A stretch of 20,000 nt of DNA from Folioceros fuciformis (Eukaryota), in the NCBI GenBank assembly GCA_049999805.1, contig JBNGIO010006406.1, forward strand, positions 206,045 through 226,044, in the 5' to 3' direction. Position numbers and translations under genes: made by a program. The notes below the pieces were generated by a model. It saw only the letters and a program-made list of their open reading frames with translations. It was not told where the DNA came from and searched no databases. Shown here piece by piece: positions 9,590 through 20,000 of this stretch. Position 1 is the first letter of the stretch; each line of letters starts with the position of its first letter.

Positions 9590-10190
9590 GTCCCCCATTC
9601 ACCACAACGATTGCTGGCATAATGCAGATTCAGGAGTGCAGTGATTTGCTCCCGTTCTTCGAACCGACCATGGATCTTCCTCAAAATCCGCGACACCAGA
9701 TGCTTGTGGGACAACTTTGGAAACACATCTTCTGCATCCTTCATGCACCTACACTTGGCATAAACAAGAAACAGAGAGATTATGACCAATAACTCAGACC
9801 CACAACCTAGCCGTGCCTGTTGCATGGGTGTACCTCTCTTCTGCAAGGACACCAGTTTGACAACATTATCAACAACAAGTGCTCCCTTCTCCTCTTCTAC
9901 GAGGGTGGCATGTGCTTCAGCGCACTTACCAAGGTGCTTGCTAAGGGTTGTTCCCCTTGTCTTGGGGCAGATGGGTTTTTCTCTTTTTCGTAATCAAGTT
10001 TCATGACACTTGCCAAGTTGCAGGAATTTGGCAGGGCACCTTGTTCCCACATCTGGGGATACATCTGCAAAGCTTTTTCCCTTTGCTGATAATGAACATG
10101 TGGTATGAGAATGCTGTCGAGTCCCGATGGCTCGTCCACCATGGCCAGGACAAATTGCCTGCATCCGTACAGGAGCACACATGTATGTAC
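9590..10190 (-). pseudogene. Degenerate PLS-class pentatricopeptide repeat (PPR) gene fragment
   Basis: EKALQMYPQMWEQGALPNSCNLASVMK (P/L motif: eAl.lf.qM...G..Pn..t..svl) and RLGCGSELLVIISLFLVYAKCRCMKDAEDVFPKL (S motif: g...d..v.nsLi.mYaKCg....A..vF..m), broken by frameshifts. Confidence 0.75.
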
Positions 10191-10194
10191 ATAC

Positions 10195-10605
10195 AAGATT
10201 CAGCGTGAGGGTTTCAGATGAAGAGAACGGGTGAGTGTTTCTTTTGTTTCTCGAAGTTTCCAAGCATGCGAAATTTCATCGCATCAGACATGAGTACCAA
10301 CGGCTGCTCTTTCAATCCACAGGGAGACTCTGAGAGGTGAGGGATGACAGAGGAAAATTCATTTACATTTCTCTGAAGGGGATGCTGTATTTTGCTGGCT
10401 ACGTCAAGAGGACGGCAACAGTGAACATAACCCATGTTGCACACACCAAGGAATTCATCGACTTCCAGCCACTGCTCCCACCACAGGAAAGGAAACACGT
10501 GATTTAGAAACTGTTGTGAATTTCTCCGGTTTCTTGAGCATATTCCTGATCTGTATCAGACAAAAGAATCCAAACCTTGGCGCCATGGAATGTGTGCTTT
10601 TGAGA
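10195..10605 (+). pseudogene. DDRGK1: Inverted partial duplicate of DDRGK1 (end of exon 6, intron 6, exon 7 and part of the 3' UTR)
   Basis: Intron gtgagt(10231)...acggctgctctttcaatccacag(10322) aligns with DDRGK1 intron 6 (gtgagt...acggctgctatttcacttcacag). The exon reads [48 protein letters not shown], with an in-frame TGA at 10331. ccaaaccttggcgccatgg matches the 3' UTR ccaaactcggtgccatgg. Confidence 0.9.
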
Positions 10606-11571
10606 CTGGAGACTCTGAAGGACATGCGTTTGGCAGGTGCGTGTTATCAAGAGACAGTACGTACTCTCGAATGGATGTCGCACACGAAACGTGTTTCCAC
10701 AAATAGAGATCGGGCAATCGAGACACCGAAAAGCAGCCCTTGAAGCTATCGGGGCCTGCAGGCAACAAGTATATAGAATAGAGGGCCTAATGATTTCCTA
10801 CCGTATTCAGGCATCAAGAGCTACAATTCTCTAACTAACCTAGGCTTCAAAGGAATCATCCGAGAGGAGATTCCTCGGAGACAAGAGACGAGAGATCCGT
10901 CTTCGATAGCAGCCACCAGCTGCCTACTTGGGAGGCTCTTTCGGGCTCAGCATCAATCTGCGATTCGGCACCGGCTACGGACATAGGAAGCAGGCAGGTC
11001 GTCTGGGGAAAAACCCAGGGAAGAAAAGCAAGCTCTATGCAAGTCAGACTCATTCAATGTGCTGCTGTAGCGTTTGTTTAGGGTTTGGTAGTTTTGCTCA
11101 GAACTGTCATCAGGGCAGAGAAATGCTGGTCTAGTCCGGGTGTTCAAATTCGTAGGGCCGGGAAGTGTCTTAATTTGGTGTCTGGCGAAAGCGGGATAGA
11201 TTGGCTTGGTTGGCGGTGTTGTGTCCAACATGCACTCAAGTCACTCAACAACGCCATGTACCTAGGTTCATAATAGGTAGTGTGTTGTTCCGTGGTAATG
11301 ACAGCCACTTTGCGCTTGCACGAGAGTAATTGTGGCTCAGCTGGTGGTGCTCGGGCGGCCTTGAGGGTTTGTAATCAGCTACGTTGAACTTGGGCTTAAT
11401 TGTTGCTGGCAGGTGCGGGCACAGCTGCGGGAGCACGGGAAGGGGATGGTAGAATCGGCGCAGGGCCGGTTGTGGTGAGGCGAAGGGGAATTGATCGCTC
11501 GCCCGCGAGCCAGAGCAGTCACTGCCTGCAATATTGGATTGTGGTGAAGGCTTCGGGGTCGGGAACCAAAC

Positions 11572-13011
11572 ATGGCGGATCACGAAGCGGACGCGGACAC
11601 GAAGCTCGCACACTTCCAGGATGTTACGGGCGTGGATGATGTTGCCCTTTCGCTGCAAATTCTGGAGGCACATAACTGGGACCTGCATGCGGCTGTGTCC
11701 ACCATGATGATCGACAACGTCCCCACCAGCGACGCCAACCAGCAGCGGGTGGCTTCGCCGGGGCCTGCCCTGGCCGGGGATATGGACTGGGATCACAACA
11801 ATTGGCATTCCTTGGGGGATTTGGAGAGCGGCGCGGTGTTTGCGCCATCGAATGGGAGTGGGAGCGATGATGTGGATGCTGTGGCCCCGGAGTCCCAGAC
11901 GCTGCAGCGAGTGCACTCCGGGTCTCTGCCGTTTGCTGCGGGGTTGGGGCATTCGAGATTCAGGTCCGCGCACTATGAGGGACTGCTGCCTGATGAATTG
12001 GTAAGGGTTAGCTCACCGGAACGGGTGTGTGATGGGGCGCCTTTTTGTTCGCTTTGGAAGGTGTTGTTGTGGACGGTGTATGGCCGTGGAGCATTTCTGT
12101 TGAGGCTGTTGCATGTCTGAGTGCTGGTTTGTGATTGTGATGTGGATTTACGGGTTTGGATTCAGGCATCAGGGACACCTGACGATCTAGCTGGGGTGCT
12201 GCGGGGATCTATAGATGATGAAAGTGCCCTTCTTGCAGCAAGGGTAGAGGAGGAGGAAAGGCGGGTTAATAGACGGTTGAGGGAGAAGCAGGATGCTGCT
12301 TTTCAGGCTTCTCTGCAAGAGGACCAGGTAGGTTAAGCTCTAGTTTGATGAGACGAGGGGGTCACTCGTTCTGATAAAATGAGTGTTTTTCCGCTATATC
12401 TTGTGTAGCAATGTTTTATCTGTTGTTGGGGGCACAGGAAAGGGAGCGAAGATTGCAGGAGGGAGTACACCTTGCTGCCAAAGCAGCAGCCGAGCAGGAA
12501 CGGAAGCGGAAGGAGGAAGAGGAAGCTGCTGCTCTGGCAGCAGCAGAAGCAGCTGAGAGGGAAGCCGCTCTGGAGAGGCGCAAGAAGGAAAAGGCTGCAG
12601 CCCTAGGCGCCGAGCCGGAGAAAGGTCCAGAGGTTACGCAGGTACTAAAACAATTTCACTGACTACTCTATCACGTTTAATATGTCATGGCGACTCCCCG
12701 TATGTCATGCCAGGCGTACTCTCGAGCTTGGGTTCGCATTTGTGACTTACTCTCTGTTCGACGCCTTGTTTTTGCAGGTAGTTGTCCGTCTACCTAATGG
12801 TGAGAGAAAGGAAAGAAGATTTCATAACTCCGCTACAGTTAGATCGCTGTATGATTTTGTGGATTCTGTGGCAAGCTTTCACGCCTCTAAGTATAGCTTG
12901 ATCACAAACTTCCCCAGAAAAGTGTATGGCCCAGATATGTTGCAGGTGTCTTTGAAGGATGCTGCTCTTCATCCGCATGCAAATCTGTTCGTGCTGGTGG
13001 AGGAAAGCTAG
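11572..13011 (+). CDS. Plant UBX domain-containing protein, PUX10/FAF2-like CDC48 adaptor: join(11572..12000,12166..12327,12438..12641,12778..13011), 342 aa
   Basis: UBA-like N-terminus (KLAHFQDVTGVDD...QILEAHNWDLHAAVS), coiled coil (ARVEEEERRVNRRLREKQDAAFQASLQEDQ), and UBX domain (VVVRLPNGERKERRF...LYDFVDS...LITNFPRKVY...SLKDAALHPHANLFV). Three phase-0 GT-AG introns give a continuous frame. Confidence 0.9.
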
Positions 13012-14138
13012 GGTTATGGGCTATGGGTTTCAGTTTTTGGTATATAAGCAATTGTAAGGAAAGGTTCTCAGTTTCATCACTTTGAGAGAGGCTTGTCCAA
13101 GTGAACGGGCCCTCGGCCATGAGAGCGTGCAAAAAAGCAAATTGCGGTGCAGAAATTGCGATTAAGTCTAGACTGAAGTTAGACAAGTGACAACTTAGCT
13201 TCGGGGTCAAATTTTGTAGTATCGAACTTTGGCAGGAACTTGACTAGACATCACATTCGTGCTTTGGGAAGTCACCTGATAACTCTGGACATCGTTACAG
13301 TTGCTTTTCCCACTTGGTGTCAGGTCTCAAGTTTGGGAGCATCCTCTCCCAGATCATTTTCTCACAATCGAACCGTTCTCGACGTTGTCCACTACGCCAT
13401 CCGTAGGCATGTGGTCATATGTATTCGTTTTAGGTATGTGTCTATACGAGGTATGTGTCCATACGTGGTCCAATGAACTCTTTTAATCCCCTATGACACG
13501 TGGGTCAAATATACCCTATACCCTAAGCGAGCCTGACACCTGCACGAATGAATGAATTTCTTTGCATTTAAAAAAATATTTATGAGGTCCCTAAGTAGTT
13601 ATATGTCTAATAATTTCTACTTAGTATGCTGAACTACTAACACGAATAAAAACAGAAGAAGTACTAAAAATCTCCCATTAAAATGGTACATAGTGCTTCA
13701 TAGTTTGTGATGTACTAGAAATCCTCCATTAAAATGGTAATCCTTCACTAAAATGATACATAGTGCTTCACATTGCTTGCTATTATTTGTGATGGTGTCT
13801 GAAATGTATATAACATCCTTTTAAATTGATTGAGAAAGTATCATCCTCTCCGACTTTTAATACATGTAAAAGATATAAGTAAAGAGTCTATTTTGATATT
13901 CAAAAGAAAATACAATAAAATAATGGATTATTATAGCTAATTCTAGAACTAGATCTTAGAGATTCTTGTAGAATAATTTTTCATAAAATAAAAAATATAT
14001 TATTATTCAAAAATTACACATGCCCTAATTTTAACTTGTAGATGATGATACCATGGCAGTTCTTACAACATTATAATAACCAACATGTATAAAAGTGGTG
14101 TTTTCATATTGAGATTGTAGATAAACAATTATTTCCCT

Positions 14139-14338
14139 TACAATCATTTTCATTAATCATTCATTATGTATCTACAATCATTTCCATTAATCATTCATTG
14201 TGTATCTACAATCATTTCTATTAATCATTCATTGTGTATCTACAATCATTTCCGTTAATTATTCATTGTGTATCTACAATCATTTCCATTAATCATTCAT
14301 TGTGTATCTACAATCATTTCCATTAATCATTCATTGTG
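14139..14338. repeat. 34-bp AT-rich minisatellite, about 5.9 units
   Basis: Unit tacaatcatttccattaatcattcattgtgtatc starts at 14139, 14173, 14207, 14241, 14275 and 14309. Confidence 0.96.
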
Positions 14339-15699
14339 ACTTTCCACTACCATGTTCAATGCTTGGACACATTCATCTTCTTCATCAAACGTACTTACAT
14401 TTTGTTACATTACTAACTCAGAACATATGATCGAAGGAATATTGATTAACATAAAAGTTTTGCTACTCACATTTGCAATAAGATACTCTACATTCAATTA
14501 AATTTCTTGGATAACACCTACCATAAGTAATGTTGTCATGTCTCTAGTGTGGATTGATAATTTGTGTCTAGGGACATAAAGAGGTCCGCATTCATCTTCT
14601 ATGTCGTTGTAGTCCTAGAATTCATTTCTAAGGAAATGATTTGTGTCAAGAAATTCTAAATCTATGGGTCTAGCTGTCCTACAATCTGTTCCTACCAGAG
14701 AGGGAATCAACCACTGTACTTAAGTCCACCACCACTGGACTTGGTTTCACCACCGTGGTAGATTTAGTCACCATGGTAGGACCCACACATTTGGGTCGCA
14801 GCATCTGGATGACATGGTTTTTCCTACCATGTCTATTAGGGAGCTATGGCCTATGCATGCTAATTCTCATGCACACTAGGCCACACTCATGTAATTTCAC
14901 ACCCAGAGCTCACTAGTAGTTGAGTAGTTGCACTTAAGGGTCACACTCGCCACGACCCTTCCCTCCATCACCGGTTCTCATTGATCCTACACACAATTCA
15001 TACCCAATCTTGAATAGCACTCCACGTTTTTAGGCACTCACACTCCACCATGCACAAAATAACCACACAATTCCCACCTTGGTTTACACAAACCCGTCTT
15101 TATGTCATATAAATCCCTCCTCAGGTCACACAGACCTCACCTTGGGCGACACAAACCCCTCATCAAGATTAAACACAATTTAGCTAGACAGCGAAATGGA
15201 AGAGGGAAAAATTAAACACTTGGTCGACTCCACAAGTGTGTCACAAACTTGCGTTCCCACCCCATCTTCTGCAAAAAAATTTCTCCCTTGCCAAGTGTTG
15301 AGCATTCTTCACCACTAGTTACAGCAATTGTGGAGCTTGGTCACATAGCTTTTAACCACCTAAGGATCTCCCTGATCCTCTTGTGACAAGAAGACAACAC
15401 ACCGAATCAGGCCATCATTGATCATATGACTCCAACTCACAATGCACACGAATTCGACACAAGGGAGCTCACACATGAAATTGTCTAATGAGAGAGACAC
15501 AAAAAGGTCTCTTATGCATTTGGACTCAAAGCGTCATTAATCCCATAACTTTCCAGAGTCTAAAAATACTAGCCCATCACAGACGCACCAATAAATTCGG
15601 TGTCTCTAGGTTCAAAATTTTCCAGCACCTTATCTTTTAATCCAAAAGAAAATCCTAACCTATGATGCTACTCTCCTCCTGAATTAGCATGCTCGCCCC

Positions 15700-16460
15700 C
15701 ACTATGACCACCTAGCTTTTCGGTCTCTAGGCACTCCCCTTGCCCTCCTACCTCGTCGCTAATCTGGGAGGTCTTCCCATAATACCTCCACCTCACTCCC
15801 ACTGTCCAATGTCCCTTTACTCCTCCCATGAGGTTCTCTGCGTGAGTCCCCTCGTTCTTCATCACTGAACGGCCAAACTATTTGCTCCTCCACCCATGTC
15901 CTAACCTCCTCTTCAATCATTTCCTTCAGCACCACTTGTGAAGGATATGCCCTAGCTCCCATTTGAAGGAGCCACTAATAACAACTAGTGGCTATTAGGA
16001 TGTGCAGCCAGTAATCTCTACCCCCTCCTGTGCGAACCACCACATACACATTTAGAATGAGCACCCGCTCACCATGCAAATAGAAGCTAGGGACATGAGC
16101 AGCTACATCCCCTTGCCATAGCACAATGTGCCCTTTTGCTAAAGAGGCTCTTACCCTCTCCTCCCATTGACAGTCCTGAGATGGCTACCTCCTGACTTCT
16201 AAGAGGGTTGTACCTCCTTCTGCTGCAGTACAGCCGGTGGCTAATTCCACCACTTTGGTTCCTCCTTTTGCAATGATGGCCGACTTGGCTACTATGGTGG
16301 CTGGTTCAGCCACCTTAGTAGTTGACCCCCCTGCCCCTCTTCGGCTGACCTAGAGATCGACCGCAGTCATCCCAGTAGTGAGTCGATCACTTTCCTTGTA
16401 TCAGTCACCACCTGTTCTTTCTCTCTCTCGGATAGATGGATGTCTGGAGAGCCTACCTCA
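15700..16460 (-). mobile_element. Diverged, degenerate copy of the 3' part of the transposon-associated ORF at 17126-19636
   Basis: AHVPSFYLHGERVL / GRDYWLHI / YPSQVVLKEMIEEEVRTWV / DSGSEVEVLWEDLPD* parallel SYVPGLYVEGVRVL / TRDYGLHM / YAEAVLEELTEEEAQRWV / SSSSDVEIPWEDLPD*. The sequence after the stop is also similar (gattagcgacgaggtaggagggcaag versus gattagcggaggggtaggagagcaag). Confidence 0.8.
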
Positions 16461-17125
16461 CATGGTCCATTCTCACTAAGTTGAACCTATGGTTTGGTAC
16501 CAAAGCCAAGTTTCCTTAGGCTTGGTACCAAACCTACTCCCATCCTAGTGACAACACTACCCTCCATCCCCCGGTTAGTCAGTCAACCCTTGTCCGTTGC
16601 CAGGTGTAGAGGAAAAAAACTTTCGACACTCCCATTTTGAGTGACAGAATGAGCAGGCTGCAATTTTTTGTATGAAGGAACGAGCGAATTGGCTTAGTAG
16701 GTGAATAAGATGGGGTATTCATACCCAAAAATGGCCTTGGTCTTTGGGTGTTTGGGATACGGAAGACCACGATCTGGAAGTGAGTGAGTGAGGGTGCCCT
16801 TGGGCCATGGTGGTTCGGGGGCATTTAGGAGATTATATATATCTCCCCCTTTTGGAAATAAGGAATAGAAATGAGTAGGGAAGGGGGTTAGCTAGTTGTG
16901 GATTTAGGAAAAAGGATGGGTTGAGGTGACTGAGCGACGATGGCCAGTGGGGCAACCGTCGCGAAAAGGACGACTGGTGGTAGTCTAACTGGCAGTAGTG
17001 AGAGAAGAAAATGGCCAGTATAAAAACCCTAAAGGGAAGTCTGGAAGGGAATTAAGTTAGTCTTCGAAACGTAAAGGGCAGTAACCCGGGAGCGTGAAGG
17101 CGGCTGGAAGGGAAGCAGATGCTGA

Positions 17126-19636
17126 GGCAACAGGACGGGCCGAGGCAAGCAGCGAGTGCTCAGCGAGAGAGAGAAGGGACCGCAGAAGCCGGAGCACGAG
17201 GAGGAGATTGGCAGGATGAGGTCATGTCCTGAACTGCTGCCTGGAGTACCAGAGCAGGAGGGGGAACCTCCTGTCCCCCGGATTGATCTACTCTTGTGGC
17301 CCAACATGGAGCACTGGAGGGTCAGAGCAGGAGGGTTGGTGGATGAATTGGGTCTGGGTTTCATGACCCAGAAGTGGAACCACACGGCGCCACAGTTGGT
17401 CAGGGAGTGCGCCCTAAGGTTGAGGAAACCTGTCCGTGAGAAAGGGATCAGAGGTAGACCGCAGGGGTGGAATCTGGAGCTAGTAAGGAGGGTGTATGGC
17501 CGTGACCAGCGAGAAGAGGGAGGATTGGTGCTAGAGTCCCTGAGGAAACGGGGGGGTACGTGAGATGCTAAAGGACTGCTCAAACCAGGCACAAAGAAGG
17601 AGGCTAACGGATGGTTGGTTCGCGACATGGCGAGCCCGCAGCTGATGGGTCTGGCCAGGTGGTTTCTTAGCTTTCTCCAGGTTCGTAAACAGGATTATCT
17701 GTCTGACCAGATGCTCCTGTTTGTGCATGAGGTAGTGAAGGGGACCAGGATTGATTGGGGAAAAATTCTGTATGCCAGGATGGACGAGGAGAGGCAGAAT
17801 TTGACCCTGTCCTCTCCTCAGCCCTCGATGATTTCCCCGTTTCTAGTGCATATTTATAGTTATGCTAACCTGGTGTCGGAACTGGAGGTGTTGGCTTCAC
17901 TGCACATGTGGAGGCCAATCAGGGATGTAAAATGGAAGCCTGCTGAGCCAGTGAAGGCTGACTCCAGCAGTTGGGAGTCGGGGAGTGGGGACAGCTCGGA
18001 GGGGAAGGTCCTTGTCAGGCCTAAGAAGAGGACAGCGGCTTAGGGGAAGACCCTTGCCAAGAGGAGATGGGTCAGCGGGCAGAGCACGAGAGGAGGGAGT
18101 AGGCCAGAGACATCGGAGACAGCCCTGGAGCAAACCGAAGGTCAGACAGAGGAGCAGGCTGTAGAAGAACAGGAGGTAGAATAGGAGCTCGCTAATCAGG
18201 GGGTTATGGATCAAGGACTGGAAGAGCAGGGGCAGGATGAAGTAGGGCTGGAGGGGTCTCAAGAGCAGACATTAGCCGCTGAGTTAATTCCTCCCAGGCA
18301 TGAGAGCAAATTAGGGCACGATTCGGCGCAAGGAGCTTTTTCCGGATGGGAGGAAATCTTCAGGAGCATTCCTCAAAAGGATAGGCTGCAAGTGGGAGAC
18401 CTAGAGAAGCTGAGGGAGTTTCTGGGCAAGCAGATTACGGCAAGGGGGATGACAGTTGGAAAGGCGCAGGAGGTGACTGCCGCAATGGTACAGGCCCAAG
18501 CAGATCTCCTGGACCAGGTTGCTAGGGCACTGACCTGGTTGAGTGTGCAGGCAGAACGAGAAGCCGAGGCCCGAGGGAAAGAAGCAGAGGCATACCGGAA
18601 GGAGGCTGAAGCTCGGAGGCTACTGGCAGAATCAGAGACGGTGCAGCAGCAACTGGAGGAGAGACAACGAGTCCTGGATAAAGAGAGGGCACAGGCTGAG
18701 GAAGAGGTACGCCAGGCGAAGGTCGAGGTCCAAGCGCTAAGGGAGCAACAAGGGATCCTACTAGCTCAGGTAAGGGAGGCCCATGAGATTAACTTGGAGA
18801 TACAGCAGGAGATGGCCAAGGCGCAACAGCTGGAAATAGCAGTAGTGGAACAGGCCCAGAAGCTGGCTGACAGGTATAAGCGGGAGCAAGACGAAGCCAG
18901 AGAGAGAGTGAAAGGGAAGGGTAAGGTAGGGCGCCCAAGTCAAACGGCGACCCCGGTATCTGAAGAGGCTACCGGTAGTTGAGTAGGGGAACCGGTAATC
19001 GAGTGGACTATCGGTAGCCCGGCTGAGCCCAAAGTAGCCGAGGGACCAGCCTTGGGAACCAAGGAAGAAATAGCGAAGGCGCCTGAGCTTAGGCGCTTTA
19101 GGAGATTGACCCGCACCAGAAGGACAGAGCTGGAGGAAGCAACAGCTGGACGGGTGGCGGACCTTCAGGTACCCCAGAAAGATGGGGAACAGACAGCCCA
19201 CGGTAGTCCAAGGGAGAAAGGGGTAAGCACCTCCTTTATGACAGAAGGTTGAGTTGTGCTGCAGTATGAGGAGGAGGCTTCCTATGTGCCAGGTCTTTAT
19301 GTGGAAGGGGTTAGAGTTCTTAAACTGTTTCTGTATGTATGTATGGGCACAAGAGGGACACGGGACTACGGCCTGCATATGAGGACCCGCAAAGGACTCT
19401 ACCGCTACAGCTGGTGGGTGACAAGCCTGCCCCATTGCTACGCGGAGGCAGTTCTGGAGGAGTTGACGGAAGAAGAGGCCCAACGATGGGTAAAACGAGA
19501 GCCTGTTGCCATCCTCAATAACCAGAGGAGGAGGGGGAACAGTATTTCTCAGCGGTGGGTCCCACCTGTGCCGCTGCCAGACAAGTCCAGCAGCAGTAGT
19601 GACGTAGAGATCCCGTGGGAAGATCTACCCGATTAG
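17126..19636 (+). mobile_element. Long stop-interrupted ORF, probably an accessory ORF of a Ty3/Gypsy (Athila/Tat-like) or other plant transposon: N-terminal globular domain, acidic linker, coiled coil and a small C-terminal domain
   Basis: The ORFs at 17156, 17615, 18206, 19052 and 19256 are all in the same frame, separated only by single stops (17561, 18041, 18182, 18980, 19250). No introns are apparent. The motif VVKGTRIDWGKILYARM resembles plant-transposon/PMD-type G..idW...i motifs, and a long E/Q/A/R coiled coil follows. Confidence 0.6.
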
Positions 19637-20000
19637 CGGAGGGGTAGGAGAGCAAGAGGGGGACCAGTGAGAGGGGACGCGCAGACCGGGGGGAAGGCGC
19701 CAGCGGCGTGGAGAGTGGCGATAGTAATTGCAAGCTAGGATAGCGTTTTTTCTGGAATGCTTTTACTTGGACTGGAGCTGCTTGGAATCTAAGAGCGCCG
19801 ACTGACCCCTGACAGACTTTATACCAGAAAGACCACCACCACCGTGTATAAGAGGCCAGTTCGAGGCCTGGGAAATTAGCAAAAATCAGCCCAATTACCC
19901 AACCTTGCAAGAGTCTAGCGATGGCCATTGCCGAACAGGAGGTCCAAGCAAGCGCACGCCCGTAGCAATCTGGGGGTGTGGGTGCAGGTGGTGGATGCTC

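Noticed and set aside
11245-11973. 242-aa minus-strand ORF, and similar antisense ORFs at 1353-1847, 17029-17628 and 18761-19483
   Set aside because: These are shadow ORFs opposite GC-rich or purine-biased coding sequence and have no recognisable motifs.
846-13011. Functional ER quality-control cluster (DDRGK1 plus a PUX CDC48 adaptor)
   Set aside because: Two genes 9 kb apart and separated by transposon debris. Without conserved synteny, proximity is best treated as chance.

Overview
Eukaryotic nuclear DNA from a land plant, probably a seed-free lineage (bryophyte, lycophyte or fern); this is inferred from the short 80-165 nt GT-AG introns, PLS-type PPR remnants and a trnT fragment resembling the bryophyte version. 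There are two apparently intact spliced genes. One is a 7-exon DDRGK1/UFBP1 on the minus strand (846-2312). The other is a 4-exon PUX10/FAF2-like UBA-coiled-coil-UBX gene on the plus strand (11572-13011) that seems to lack the hydrophobic hairpin and UAS domain. DDRGK1 is bracketed by inverted copies of a receptor-like kinase 3' end: the tail of a gene at 1-440 and a non-RD kinase pseudogene at about 2630-3950. A decayed CRE-like, restriction-like-endonuclease non-LTR retrotransposon (about 3990-7600) is split by a ~1.47 kb insertion. That insertion is the most striking feature: a mosaic of many 20-45 nt plastid fragments (16S, 23S, trnG, trnR, trnT, trnI intron, psaA) in both orientations. 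The window also holds a 43-bp and a 34-bp minisatellite, a PPR pseudogene, an intron-retaining inverted partial copy of DDRGK1, and two diverged back-to-back copies of a transposon-associated ORF ending in WEDLPD. All family assignments come from motif recognition, not database searches.
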